Positions 1 through 9,434 of a stretch of 64,000 nt of DNA are shown piece by piece. Positions within the stretch are counted from its first letter, which is position 1, and each line of letters begins with the position of its first letter. Under the pieces are notes generated by a model. It had not been told where the DNA came from. It was given only the letters and a program-made list of their open reading frames with translations, and ran no database searches. The translations under genes and the position numbers were made by a program. The stretch spans positions 52 through 64,051 of the forward strand of contig JAQTPP010000003.1 in the NCBI GenBank assembly GCA_028712705.1, read 5' to 3'. This DNA comes from Candidatus Daviesbacteria bacterium (GTDB lineage: Bacteria > Patescibacteriota > Microgenomatia > Daviesbacterales > UBA10151).

Positions 1-132
1 GGGTTAAATAAAGGAACAACATTCACTGTGGCTTTGCCTGTTGCAACACCTGCTGTTTTGAAAGATATAAATAAATATCAGGTAAAACCAGAAGGTGAAG
101 CCAAGGGATTGGAACCGGCAGTTATTTTATGA
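1..132 (+). CDS. C-terminal fragment of a sensor histidine kinase (HATPase_c end), truncated by window start
   Basis: Frame 1 reads GLNKGTTFTVALP...VIL-TGA, typical of the end of HATPase_c; lies directly upstream of a receiver gene. Confidence 0.7.
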   Translation, partial: GLNKGTTFTVALPVATPAVLKDINKYQVKPEGEAKGLEPAVIL

Positions 133-144
133 TATAGATAAACT

Positions 145-531
145 ATGGATAATCAACAAAAGAAAATTCTTCTTGTAGAAGACGACCAGTTTTTAAGGGA
201 GTTTTATCAAGAGCTTTTGCAGGCGGAGGGTTATTTTATAGATGTTGCGGCGGATGGAGAGGTCGGTTTATCTAAAATACAAAGTAATGAATACAACCTG
301 ATTCTTTTGGATATTATGCTTCCTAAAAAAGATGGCGTGCAGATTTTAAGAGATCTTAAACTAAAGCCTGCTAAGTCGTCAAATTTGACTGTTGTCATTT
401 TAACAAATTTAGGGCAGGATTCGGTTGTCAAAGAGTGTTTTGATTTAGGGGCAGCAGGGTATTTAATTAAATCTGCCTTAAACCCGGATCAAGTTTTAAC
501 AGAGGTTAAAAGTTACCTGCAAAAGAGTTAA
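145..531 (+). CDS. Single-domain response regulator (receiver)
   Basis: ILLVEDD, LLDIMLP (phospho-Asp), ILTN and GAAGYLIK motifs. Confidence 0.92.
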   Translation: MDNQQKKILLVEDDQFLREFYQELLQAEGYFIDVAADGEVGLSKIQSNEYNLILLDIMLPKKDGVQILRDLKLKPAKSSNLTVVILTNLGQDSVVKECFDLGAAGYLIKSALNPDQVLTEVKSYLQKS

Positions 532-1346
532 TGATTATCCCAAAAATTATTTATTCGGATGACCGGTTATTGGTATTGGATAAACCTCCGGGATTAGTGG
601 TTGATCCTGCTGAAAGCGTTAAGGGAGAAACTTTAGCTGATATTTTGCAAAAAGATTTTAACATTAAGCTTTTCCGCGGTGGGATAGCGCACAGGTTGGA
701 TAAAGATACTTCGGGATTAATTTTGATAGCTAAAACTCAAGCAGTTTTGGAAAATTTACAAAGCCAATTTAAAGAAAGAATAGTCAAAAAAGAATATTTA
801 GCATTGGTTCATGGGCATATTAAAGACATTGGGATAGTGGATGCATCTATCATCAGAAATCCATTAAATAGAGAAAAGTTTACTGTAGCCTCGCAAGGCG
901 TCCCCCTGGAGGCTAGGCCCGCCTGCCAGCGCCTGAGCGTAGCGATGGCGGGCAGGGAGGCAGTAACGGAATATGAACCCGTCAAGTTATTAGTTATGAG
1001 TTCGGAGTTGATAGAAAAGATTTTTGAAGGATTCAATAAGATTCAACTTCGTAAACTACGAACTATGAACTACCAACTTTATACTCTTTTAAAGTGTAAA
1101 CCAAAAACTGGACGGACACATCAAATTAGGGTACATTTAAAATATATCAATCATCCGATCGTTTCGGATGAAAAATACTCAGGCAGGAAAATGAATAGAT
1201 TAGACAAAAGATGGTGTCCGAGAATGTTTTTACATGCTGCTAAGATTGGGTTTAAGCATCCGGTAAGCGGGGAGTGGATGGAGTTGGAGAGTGAATTACC
1301 GGAAGATTTAGAGAAGGCGTTAAGTCTATTGTCATCCCAGATATGA
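531..1346 (+). CDS. rluA: RluA/RluD-family pseudouridine synthase with in-frame repeat inserts
   Basis: DKPPGLVV, HRLDKDTSG, GRTHQIRVH and FLHA motifs; no S4 domain. Confidence 0.9.
   Translation: MIIPKIIYSDDRLLVLDKPPGLVVDPAESVKGETLADILQKDFNIKLFRGGIAHRLDKDTSGLILIAKTQAVLENLQSQFKERIVKKEYLALVHGHIKDIGIVDASIIRNPLNREKFTVASQGVPLEARPACQRLSVAMAGREAVTEYEPVKLLVMSSELIEKIFEGFNKIQLRKLRTMNYQLYTLLKCKPKTGRTHQIRVHLKYINHPIVSDEKYSGRKMNRLDKRWCPRMFLHAAKIGFKHPVSGEWMELESELPEDLEKALSLLSSQI
886..956. repeat. Compound palindromic insert in rluA (family A hairpin plus family B element)
   Basis: TAGCCTC..GAGGCTA arms around GCAAGGCGTCCCC (shared with tyrS 52107); TAGGCCCGCCTGCC..TGGCGGGCAGG identical to ends at 32011-32047. 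Confidence 0.8.
985..1078. repeat. Paired inverted heptamer arrays in rluA
   Basis: (AGTTNNN)x3.5 at 985-1009 and (AACTANN)x3.5 at 1054-1078. Confidence 0.65.
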
Positions 1347-3049
1347 ACAACATTTTTATACAACTTGCCATTATTTTAAGTTTTTCATCTATCCTGGGGA
1401 TGGTTGTTTATAAGTTTAAATTACCCCTTTTAATCGCTTATCTTGTTACCGGTTTACTGCTTTCTATTGCCGCTACTTTTGATATTAGTAAGTCTTTGGC
1501 TCTATCTTTTTTACCGGATATCGGCATTGCCTTTGTTTTATTTTTAGTGGGGATGGAGCTGGATCTCCGTGAACTTAAGAATTTTGGCAGACAAATCCTG
1601 ACTGCCGGTATTTTGCAAGTGATTATTACCGCTACACTCGGTACATACATTGCCCAGAGTTTTGGTTTTAATACCCGGGAAGCAATATATTTGGGGTTGG
1701 GTTTATCTTTTTCATCAACCATGCTGGTAGTAAAATTGCTGATTGACAAAAAGGACTTAACTTCTTTATACGGAAAACTGTCAGTCGGGGTGTTGCTTTT
1801 GGAAGATTTGCTGGCTGTTGTTATTCTTTTGGTCATAGGTTCTTCGATGTCAATCTTGAACATAGGAGAATCTAATATCATGTTGCTTTCTATCCTGGTT
1901 TTTAAAGTGGTGGTCCTTTTTGCTATGGCGATCTTGATAAGCCGTTATATTTTAGCCGTTGTTTTTAAGGCTATATCTGATTCGGGCGAGCTGCTTTTAT
2001 TAACTGCGCTAGCCTGGTGTTTCGGATTTATCACCTTGTCTATGTTAATGGGTTTTTCCATACTTATCGGGGCTTTTTTGGCCGGGGTGGCTTTGGCATC
2101 CAGCCCTTATCATTTCCATATTCAAGGTAAGATTAAACCCATGCGGGATTTTTTTACCGCCCTTTTCTTTGTCTATTTAGGTACACGGGTTAATTTTTCG
2201 CTAAACAATATCTCTCTGTTGCCGCTGATTTTAATTTTTACAACTTATGTAATTTTAATTAAACCGGTGATTTTCTTGCTTTTGTTTGGGCTATTCGGTT
2301 TCCGGAAGCACACTATGTTTAAAACCGCTATCAATTTATCCCAGGTTTCCGAATTTTCCATGATTATCCTGTTGGTCGGATTTAAGGCAAATCTGGTTAG
2401 CCAGAATGCTTTAACGGTGATTGCCCTGTCTTCTGTTATTTCATTTATTGCATCATCTTTGATGATTTCGAAATCGCATGCGATCTACAAATTGGTTTCT
2501 TCTGCAGTTTCATTTTTTGAAAGAAGAAAGCATCTGGTATTTGAAAAAGAAGCGGATGCGGAATTATCAGATCATGTAGTGGTGATAGGAGCTCACCGGG
2601 TGGGCGGGGAGATAGTCAGGTTTTTAAAAAAGGAAAAATATCCGATGGTAGTTTTGGATTTTAATCCCCATCAGGTTGAAACGTTATTGAAAGAGGAAAT
2701 ACCTGTTATTTACGGGGATATGTCTGATCCGGAAGTTTTAGACATACTGAATTTAGATACGGCAAAAATGATTATTTCAACCGCACCCGACCTTGGGGAT
2801 AGCAAAACTTTACTGGAAGATTTAAAGCTTAGGAAGATAGGTATTCCGATAATAATCAGGGCAGAAACCATCAGGGAGGCCCAGGGATTATATAAACTGG
2901 GAGCGGATTTGGTTATACTGCCGGAAGTGATGGCAGGAGATTTACTGCTGGATATGTTAAGAGATCACTTAAACGAGAAAAGTTATTTTAAGGATAGGCC
3001 CAGGATTGAACTGGAAAAACTCTCCCGTAAAACACTGTCCTGGGGTTGA
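1343..3049 (+). CDS. CPA2/Kef-type cation:proton antiporter with C-terminal TrkA-N (RCK) domain
   Basis: Many TM helices with LFLVGMELD, SSTMLVVK and GAFLAG; HVVVIGAHRVG and YGDMSD RCK motifs. Confidence 0.9.
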   Translation: MNNIFIQLAIILSFSSILGMVVYKFKLPLLIAYLVTGLLLSIAATFDISKSLALSFLPDIGIAFVLFLVGMELDLRELKNFGRQILTAGILQVIITATLGTYIAQSFGFNTREAIYLGLGLSFSSTMLVVKLLIDKKDLTSLYGKLSVGVLLLEDLLAVVILLVIGSSMSILNIGESNIMLLSILVFKVVVLFAMAILISRYILAVVFKAISDSGELLLLTALAWCFGFITLSMLMGFSILIGAFLAGVALASSPYHFHIQGKIKPMRDFFTALFFVYLGTRVNFSLNNISLLPLILIFTTYVILIKPVIFLLLFGLFGFRKHTMFKTAINLSQVSEFSMIILLVGFKANLVSQNALTVIALSSVISFIASSLMISKSHAIYKLVSSAVSFFERRKHLVFEKEADAELSDHVVVIGAHRVGGEIVRFLKKEKYPMVVLDFNPHQVETLLKEEIPVIYGDMSDPEVLDILNLDTAKMIISTAPDLGDSKTLLEDLKLRKIGIPIIIRAETIREAQGLYKLGADLVILPEVMAGDLLLDMLRDHLNEKSYFKDRPRIELEKLSRKTLSWG

Positions 3050-3084
3050 CAACTTTGTAACTATTGTGTATACTTTAGTTACAA
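3046..3084 (+). promoter_or_regulatory. Sigma70 promoter with inverted-repeat operator for TA operon
   Basis: TTGACA 3046-3051, 17-bp spacer, TATACT 3069-3074; TTGTAACTA (3055-3063)/TAGTTACAA (3076-3084) inverted repeat. Confidence 0.8.
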
Positions 3085-3362
3085 TGACTACAGTAATCCA
3101 TATTAAAGCTGATTATGAAGTTAAAAAGAATGCTCAAAAAGCAGCCAAAGATTTGGGATTGTCCTTGTCTGATGTAATCAACGCAGCTCTCCGGAATTTT
3201 ATCAGAACCAGGGAAGTTGTCTTTTCTGATATTCCTCAAATGACTCCTGAACTGGAAAAATTACTGGATAGAGTGGAAGACGATATAAAGCATAACCGTA
3301 ATCTTTCTCCTGCATTTGAAAATGGTGAAGAAATGGATAAGTATCTTGATTCGCTGCGATAA
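3084..3362 (+). CDS. RelB/DinJ-like antitoxin (start moved to ATG 3084)
   Basis: RHH-like N-terminus (VIHIKAD..KKNAQKAAKDLGLSLSDVI); directly upstream of toxin. Confidence 0.82.
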   Translation: MTTVIHIKADYEVKKNAQKAAKDLGLSLSDVINAALRNFIRTREVVFSDIPQMTPELEKLLDRVEDDIKHNRNLSPAFENGEEMDKYLDSLR

Positions 3363-3365
3363 TCC

Positions 3366-3623
3366 ATGAGAATCAAGCTTCATAAGGATTTCCTAAAACA
3401 ATACCAGAAGTTGAGAGCAAACGAAAAGAAAAAATTTAAAGAGAGAAGAAATTTATTTTTGCAGGATGAGTTTAATCCTGTTTTGAATAATCATTTATTA
3501 AAAGGTAAGTATTTAGGGTATAGAAGTATTAATATAACGGGCGACCTGCGAGCTATTTATAGAAAGAAAACTACTGAGATCATGTTTGTTGCAATAGATT
3601 CACACAGCAACTTATACGGTTAG
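3366..3623 (+). CDS. RelE/YafQ-family mRNA interferase toxin
   Basis: 85 aa, basic; HLLKGKYLGYRSINITGDLRAIY and terminal HSNLY. Confidence 0.88.
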   Translation: MRIKLHKDFLKQYQKLRANEKKKFKERRNLFLQDEFNPVLNNHLLKGKYLGYRSINITGDLRAIYRKKTTEIMFVAIDSHSNLYG

Positions 3624-3642
3624 GCAATACAAAGGAGGCCTC

Positions 3643-3693
3643 TATGGGTTATGAGGTACACAATTTTAACTTTGCATACCTCATACACCCATA
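3643..3693. terminator. Long hairpin between convergent genes
   Basis: TATGGGT-TATGAGGTA ... TACCTCATA-C-ACCCATA. Confidence 0.5.
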
Positions 3694-3700
3694 TATAGTT

Positions 3701-3910
3701 TTAAACCGCTGGTGCGCCTCCACCTTGTTCACCGCTTCCATTTTCAGGTTCAGTGGGTAAAGAGGGTGTAGACTCAGGAGCTTGTGGCTCAGGAGTTTGC
3801 GGTACACCTGGCATTTCAGGTTCTGCTGGTGGCGGAGCAGTTGGTTCTGCCGGCTGGTCCTGGTTTGGGTCAGCTGGAACAGCGCCTCCGGGATTATTTT
3901 GATCATCCAT
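3701..3910 (-). CDS. Small Pro/Glu-rich disordered protein
   Basis: 69-aa ORF with strong SD (AAAGGGGGTGA); fills the gap. Confidence 0.65.
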   Translation of the reverse strand: MDDQNNPGGAVPADPNQDQPAEPTAPPPAEPEMPGVPQTPEPQAPESTPSLPTEPENGSGEQGGGAPAV

Positions 3911-3992
3911 TATTTTAATTCACCCCCTTTCATTACTCACTTTAACTAATAACTAGTTGCCAGGTCAATACCCGATTAGGTAACATGAGAGT

Positions 3993-4994
3993 ATGCGGAA
4001 AAAAGGCTGGAAAGATGTTCAATCCAGGACAAAGCAGAACAGAAGAACAAAACTTGCGATTTTCGTTTTAGCACTGGTAGCGGGAATGTTGATTCTGTCC
4101 TGGGCAATTCAATTTACGCAGCGCCTATTTAGCCCTTTAGGAACAGTCAATCAGCAGCGAAATTATGTCTGGAATGGGGAATTTAATATCAATCTGTTAG
4201 TTAGAACTTCACATACCGCTTTGCTCTCTTATAACCCGAAAGAAGAAAAAATAACTATCATAAAAGCGCCGGACGAGCTTTTTTTAGACGTGCCTTTTGG
4301 ATTTGGCAAATGGCAGCTCCGTGCCATATATGAACTTGGACAAACCCAAAAGGAGATGGGTGGAGACCGTTTATTAAAGGAGACATTAACGAGTTTTTTT
4401 GCCGTGCCCATTGACGGGTTTTTGGATTTTAGCTCGCTTCAACCATCAAAATCCGCTTCCGAAATAGTGGAAATACTTAAGAAAAATCCTTTTTCAGGCT
4501 TAAATTTATTATCTTCTTTAAAGACGGATTTAACGGTATGGGAGCTTTTAAGGCTTAAAGTTAGCCTAAGCAATGTGAGGTTTGATAAAGTTAAAGAGCT
4601 GGATCTTATTAGTCTTGGCGTGCTGGAGCGGGAGAATCTTCCTGATGGTACAGGGGTGCTGACAACAGACCCGATTAAGCTGGATAGCGTTTTATCTGAT
4701 TTTATAGATCCTGCGATTGTTTCGGAACATAAAACTATTGCGGTTTTCAATGCAACAGATAAGGTTCAGCTGGCAGGGAAATGGGCCAGGCTGATTACGA
4801 ATCTGGGCGGTAATGTGATTATTACAAATAATGCCAGGGAAAGATTAAAAAAGACAGCAGCGCAGGGAGAGGAGTCGCTTACTTTAAAAAGAATACGGCA
4901 GATTTTTTGTGATACAATCAACTCTTCAGAAGATGTAATTTCTTCTCGCGCCCAGATAGATTTATTTATCGGAGAAGATTACTTAAACAAATAA
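3993..4994 (+). CDS. Membrane-anchored LytR/CpsA/Psr-like protein with LytR_C-type domain
   Basis: N-terminal TM; IKAPDELFLDVP, FFAVPIDGF; C-terminal IAVFNAT..LAGKWARLITNLG. Confidence 0.65.
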   Translation: MRKKGWKDVQSRTKQNRRTKLAIFVLALVAGMLILSWAIQFTQRLFSPLGTVNQQRNYVWNGEFNINLLVRTSHTALLSYNPKEEKITIIKAPDELFLDVPFGFGKWQLRAIYELGQTQKEMGGDRLLKETLTSFFAVPIDGFLDFSSLQPSKSASEIVEILKKNPFSGLNLLSSLKTDLTVWELLRLKVSLSNVRFDKVKELDLISLGVLERENLPDGTGVLTTDPIKLDSVLSDFIDPAIVSEHKTIAVFNATDKVQLAGKWARLITNLGGNVIITNNARERLKKTAAQGEESLTLKRIRQIFCDTINSSEDVISSRAQIDLFIGEDYLNK

Positions 4995-5006
4995 TTTATT
5001 ATCACC

Positions 5007-5690
5007 ATGATTTTGTGGCTACTACTTTTTTTACTGGTTATCGGGATATCGTTTATTTTAGCATTCCGGTCAATGAGGGATTACCAGGAGATACCTCAAA
5101 AAGTCAATGTGGATTATAGTTTATTTCTCATACGCCAAGTTAAAACTTTTGATGTCAAAATTCTGGATACCATCCGTCAAGAGGTACTTGTCAAAGGGAA
5201 AATAGTTAGTTTTGAAAGGCTTTTAAAAGGGTCCGAGACAGCGCTTACTGTCTTTGGTCCGAAAAATATTCTATGCAGGTTTCAAAACGAGCTAAATCTA
5301 TTAGAATTGGAAGATTATGCGGCGGAATTTACAGACAGTGCAGTTTCCGTTTGGGAAGTAGGAGTAAAAGAGGCTGCCAAGTTAAACCATGATCATTTCA
5401 GTGATATTTTTAGCAATCTTCCTAAACTTGAACCGGATGAGCATTTTTTTTGGCAAGTGATAATTAGTAAAGACCAAGTTCAAATCCGGGCTGCAGTTTC
5501 TTCCAGGGATCCCATACGAAAGAAAATACTTGCATCAGCGCAAAATTTGAATGCCGGAGGACTTGTTAAAATCCCAAAACCGTTTTCAAATAAGCAAATG
5601 ATTGAATTCTACAAAACAAGAAGTTTCAGTAAAGACAATTCCGGATTAATTTTAGACTCCGCAGGGATAATGCGTCTTTTAAAGGTTTAG
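5007..5690 (+). CDS. Hypothetical membrane-anchored protein
   Basis: 227-aa ORF with N-terminal TM helix; operonic. Confidence 0.7.
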   Translation: MILWLLLFLLVIGISFILAFRSMRDYQEIPQKVNVDYSLFLIRQVKTFDVKILDTIRQEVLVKGKIVSFERLLKGSETALTVFGPKNILCRFQNELNLLELEDYAAEFTDSAVSVWEVGVKEAAKLNHDHFSDIFSNLPKLEPDEHFFWQVIISKDQVQIRAAVSSRDPIRKKILASAQNLNAGGLVKIPKPFSNKQMIEFYKTRSFSKDNSGLILDSAGIMRLLKV

Positions 5691-6445
5691 GTTTCTTGTT
5701 CCTCTTCAACATCTTCATCTTCTTCGCTATTGGCTCCATCAAACGAGGTTAAGATGTCTGTTGTGACACTGGAGTTAGAATATTCCAAAAAAGACGGCTG
5801 GTTTTTAAATTTTTTACTTCGGAAAGTTTCTTTAATAATGACGGACAGGCTATTTATTCTGACAGACTTGACAAATAGTTCGTATTTGTTGCCCCCTTTG
5901 GACAGTCTCAACAAATGATGGTTAATGTCGTCGGGCAGTACCCCAAGATAATCCCCGTTTAAATCAGTGATGGTAATTTTTCTGTTTTTTATTACCATTT
6001 CTACCTTCATTCCACAAAAGGCGGAGATAAGTTTTTGAGGTTCGGCTACTTTCAAAAGACTCACAATTTTTGTTTTACCCGGTTCTTGTAAAAAAAGGGA
6101 TGGGGAAAGTTTGGTATGGACGCAGCCGGCTGAGGATTGTTTATTGTTAGGGTCCTGAGTCGTTAGTTTGCACCAGTTGGATTTAAAAGACTTTATAATC
6201 CTTAAGTTTTTTTGGGCAATCGGGTTATAAGGATCAACGCTTAAGGCTTCCGAGTAGTATTTTTTTGCCAAATTCGCTCTGCCAAGTTCCATGTAAGCTT
6301 TAGCTTGGCGATTGAGGGCATCTACGTTTTGCGGGTCAATTTTTATGACTTGTTTATTAAGTTTAATTGCCAGCTCCCAATTGGAATCCAGCGCTGCATT
6401 TATTGCTTGCTCGTGAAGGCTTGCAGGTTCAAAGGAGTTGTCCAT
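5687..6445 (-). CDS. TPR-repeat protein
   Basis: DPQNVDALNRQAKAYMELG..AKKYYSEALSVDPYN. Confidence 0.8.
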   Translation of the reverse strand: MDNSFEPASLHEQAINAALDSNWELAIKLNKQVIKIDPQNVDALNRQAKAYMELGRANLAKKYYSEALSVDPYNPIAQKNLRIIKSFKSNWCKLTTQDPNNKQSSAGCVHTKLSPSLFLQEPGKTKIVSLLKVAEPQKLISAFCGMKVEMVIKNRKITITDLNGDYLGVLPDDINHHLLRLSKGGNKYELFVKSVRINSLSVIIKETFRSKKFKNQPSFLEYSNSSVTTDILTSFDGANSEEDEDVEEEQET

Positions 6446-6513
6446 CTAAGTGATGAAGTATAGATAGAAAGTAGACAGGTTGTCAACATTTCGTGTTTTA
6501 TTCGCAGTCATCC

Positions 6514-6536
6514 AAATTCACCCTAGGGGTGAATTT
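6514..6536. repeat. Family E palindrome (intergenic copy)
   Basis: AAATTCACCC-TAG-GGGTGAATTT; CACCCTAGGGGTGAATTTAGG also occurs at 24036 in murD. Confidence 0.75.
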
Positions 6537-6562
6537 AGGGTGATATGTGAAAGTATAAGCTT

Positions 6563-7033
6563 CTAGCTACTGGTATTAGATTGCTTAATTAACCTACACT
6601 CTTTGACGCGAGAAGTGGTAATTGTCTGCCAGTGGCTATAATCTTCGCTTCCAGAAGGACCATCATGTCTAACCAGCTCTACTCTCATATCTTTTTTGAT
6701 CTGGTGGAGTAGTAACGAAGAGCCACCCCAGGTTGCTCCTTTAATTTCAACATTATCCACCGGTCCTTTGAATTTTTCTTCAAAATATCCTCCATGTATT
6801 GTCCCGCTACATGATCGTCTTTTTTCACCCTCTAGAAAAGCAGGTTCATCCACCCTAAAGACATATATAGAGTTATTTTTAGAGCTAGTGGAAAAAACAA
6901 TGATGTCTCCCTTTTTAACAGTAGAGAGATCCAAGCCTTCTAGAGCATCAGTTTCTTTAGCAAGTGTCGTAATATTCCACCAGGGTAATATCCCACCAGG
7001 GAATCGGGGTTTTTCTTCTGGGGTTTCTGTCAT
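6563..7033 (-). CDS. Hypothetical protein
   Basis: 156-aa ORF; TG-n-TATAAT 6 nt before ATG. Confidence 0.7.
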   Translation of the reverse strand: MTETPEEKPRFPGGILPWWNITTLAKETDALEGLDLSTVKKGDIIVFSTSSKNNSIYVFRVDEPAFLEGEKRRSCSGTIHGGYFEEKFKGPVDNVEIKGATWGGSSLLLHQIKKDMRVELVRHDGPSGSEDYSHWQTITTSRVKECRLIKQSNTSS

Positions 7034-7082
7034 TTTGCTATTATATCAAATAGATTAAAATCATGATAGAATCGTCAAAGAT

Positions 7083-7826
7083 ATGTCCGGGCATTCAAAG
7101 TGGTCAACAATCAAGCGGCAAAAAGGGGTAGCAGATATTAAGCGCGGGCAGACTTTTACTAAGCTTGCCAATGCTATTACTATTGCTGTGAAATTGGGTA
7201 ACTCAGGCGATCCAGAATCAAATCCTCGTTTAAGGATGGTAATGGAGGATGCGAAAGCTGTTAATATGCCTAAGGAAAATGTAGGGCGGGCAATAGATCG
7301 CGGTTTGGGTAAGTTGCCTGGTCAGAGTTTGGAAGAGATGATTTATGAAGGATTTGGACCTGGTAAGGTGGCATTTTTAGTAGAAGGAGTAACTGATAAT
7401 AAACTGCGGATCTTGCAGGAGATTAAAAATTTTTTTGAAAGAAACGGAGGGAATTTAGCCGGACAGGGAAGTGTGGCGTATATGTTTGACAGGGTGGGAG
7501 AAATCAGAGTAAGGAGTAAAGGTGGAAACGCAGAGGAAGAAATGCTGGAACTGATAGATCTTGGCGCGAAAGACGTTGAAGACTATTTGGTAAACAGCAT
7601 ACAAATGTATTTGGTATATACAGAGAGCCCAGAATTAAATACTATGAGTAATAAAATTACTCAGGCAGGATATGGAGTAGAGTCGCAGGAGCTAGTGTTT
7701 AAACCAAATGCCTTAGTTTCAATAAATGATCCGGAAACAGCCAAAAAAGTTTTGGATTTTACAGGGAAGTTAGAAGAGTTGGATGATGTACAAAAGGTGT
7801 ATGCTAATTTTGAGATATTAACATGA
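7083..7826 (+). CDS. yebC: YebC/PmpR-family protein
   Basis: MSGHSKWSTIKRQKG, NPRLR, YEGFGPG, DDVQKVYAN. Confidence 0.96.
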   Translation: MSGHSKWSTIKRQKGVADIKRGQTFTKLANAITIAVKLGNSGDPESNPRLRMVMEDAKAVNMPKENVGRAIDRGLGKLPGQSLEEMIYEGFGPGKVAFLVEGVTDNKLRILQEIKNFFERNGGNLAGQGSVAYMFDRVGEIRVRSKGGNAEEEMLELIDLGAKDVEDYLVNSIQMYLVYTESPELNTMSNKITQAGYGVESQELVFKPNALVSINDPETAKKVLDFTGKLEELDDVQKVYANFEILT

Positions 7827-8356
7827 TTATACTTGGAATTGATCCTGGAACAGCTACCACCGGTTATGGAGTCATAAAAATACCGGATGATATATTAAGT
7901 CGGGAATTTAACTACAATATAGAACTGATAGCTTATGGAAATATCAGCACGCCCAAAGATAAACTAATGCAGGACCGCTTGCATATGATACACAGCGAAC
8001 TAACCTCGGTTATTAAAAAATATCAGCCGGACCAGATGATTTGCGAAATGTTATTTTTCGGGGCCAATACCAGAACTGCCATTATGGTAGGACAGGCGAG
8101 GGGAGTGATTATGTTAACAGCTTCTCAGCATAACATTCCGTTTCAAGACTATACGGGTTTGCAGGTGAAACTTTTGGTTGCCGGGTCAGGTAGAGCTGAT
8201 AAAAATCAAGTCCATGACGGGGTAAGGAAATTTTTAGGAACCTCCGGTAGAAAACGGAATAAGCTAAAAGTAAATTGGAAAGGTGGACACCTGGATGATG
8301 CCACAGATGCGCTGGCAATTGCTATCTGTCATGTGCTTAAATTAGCTGCGAAGTAA
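7823..8356 (+). CDS. ruvC: Holliday junction resolvase RuvC
   Basis: ILGIDPGTATTGYG, GQARGV, DDATDALAIAICH. Confidence 0.95.
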   Translation: MIILGIDPGTATTGYGVIKIPDDILSREFNYNIELIAYGNISTPKDKLMQDRLHMIHSELTSVIKKYQPDQMICEMLFFGANTRTAIMVGQARGVIMLTASQHNIPFQDYTGLQVKLLVAGSGRADKNQVHDGVRKFLGTSGRKRNKLKVNWKGGHLDDATDALAIAICHVLKLAAK

Positions 8357-8369
8357 GAAAAAGGGGAGC

Positions 8370-9152
8370 ATGAATTTAAACTTAAATAAAAGACAAAAAA
8401 TAGTTATTAGTTCAGTTTTATTAACTATAGGACTTCTTTCAACGCAACTGGTTGATTTTAATCTAAGATTTAGATTTTTGGGAGGGCTTGCGGTTTTCGC
8501 ATATATTCTTTCCTTCTGGTCTCTTTGGGAGGGTTTAAATGTAACCAAAGCATTTATGCTTTTGATTTTACCGACCTTTTTTACAGTGGCTGTCGCAAGC
8601 TTTTATTTTCTTTTGCCTGTGCGCTGGCTAACGAGACTGCCGGTAGCTTTTATATTTGGCCTGACTTTCTATCTGTTGCTTTTGGCGCAGAATGTATTTA
8701 ATGTGGCATCTTTGCGGACGATTCCTTTATACAGGGCGGCATCAACGGCGAGTTTCCTTTTTACGCTTCTTTCAGCTTTTTTTATATACCATGTAATTTC
8801 CGCTTTTAATTTATTTTTTCTGTGGAATGGGGTAGCGGTCATGGTAGTAAGTTTTTTATTAATTCTACAAGTGCTTTGGACTTTTAAAATGGAGGATACG
8901 ATTTCGGTAGCAATTATTATACAGAGTTTTGTCTTAAGTTTAATCCTGGGAGAGTTGGCCTTAAGTTTTTCATTTTGGCCGTCTCCGACAACAATTTGGT
9001 CGCTATCTTTATCTTCCGCCATGTATGTTCTTTTAGGTTTAACTACTCAGTACTTAAGGGATAAGATGACTAAGAGAATGATGTGGGAGTATTTGATTAT
9101 AGGGGCAATTGTACTTTTGGTTAGTTTTTTTACAACTTCATGGAACGGGTAA
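8370..9152 (+). CDS. Multi-pass membrane protein
   Basis: About 9 hydrophobic segments; QNVFNVASLRTIPLYRAA motif; GGGGAG SD. Confidence 0.8.
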   Translation: MNLNLNKRQKIVISSVLLTIGLLSTQLVDFNLRFRFLGGLAVFAYILSFWSLWEGLNVTKAFMLLILPTFFTVAVASFYFLLPVRWLTRLPVAFIFGLTFYLLLLAQNVFNVASLRTIPLYRAASTASFLFTLLSAFFIYHVISAFNLFFLWNGVAVMVVSFLLILQVLWTFKMEDTISVAIIIQSFVLSLILGELALSFSFWPSPTTIWSLSLSSAMYVLLGLTTQYLRDKMTKRMMWEYLIIGAIVLLVSFFTTSWNG

Positions 9153-9210
9153 ATATAATTCAAAGTTCAAAATTATATTGATAGAATAAGCTAAAGTAGG
9201 GAAGTGAGAG

Positions 9211-9252
9211 AGTTTACACTGAGCGATCCGGCGCAGCCGGAGAGTCGAAGTG
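9211..9252 (-). repeat. Family C element carrying a nested 16-nt hairpin
   Basis: Reverse complement is CACTTCGACT[CTCCGGCTGCGCCGGA]TCGCTCAGTGTAAACT; outside the bracket it is identical to 59935-59960. Confidence 0.8.
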
Positions 9253-9366
9253 TGAAAATTTTCTTTATTTTCGTGAAAAGAATAATTGATGTGGTTTGAT
9301 ATAGTCGACAGGTACGGAAGGCAAAAACTATGGGGTATGTTTTTCCAAAAATTAGGATCGATTCTC

Positions 9367-9434
9367 TGTCATTCTGGCTTGTCCAGAATCAAGATTCTGG
9401 TGTCAGTTGAAGTCTCAACTTCCCCAGAATGACA
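9367..9434. repeat. Family D (TGTCATT-terminated) bipartite palindromic element
   Basis: TIR TGTCATTCTGG/CCAGAATGACA; first 24 nt identical to 28931-28954. Confidence 0.88.
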
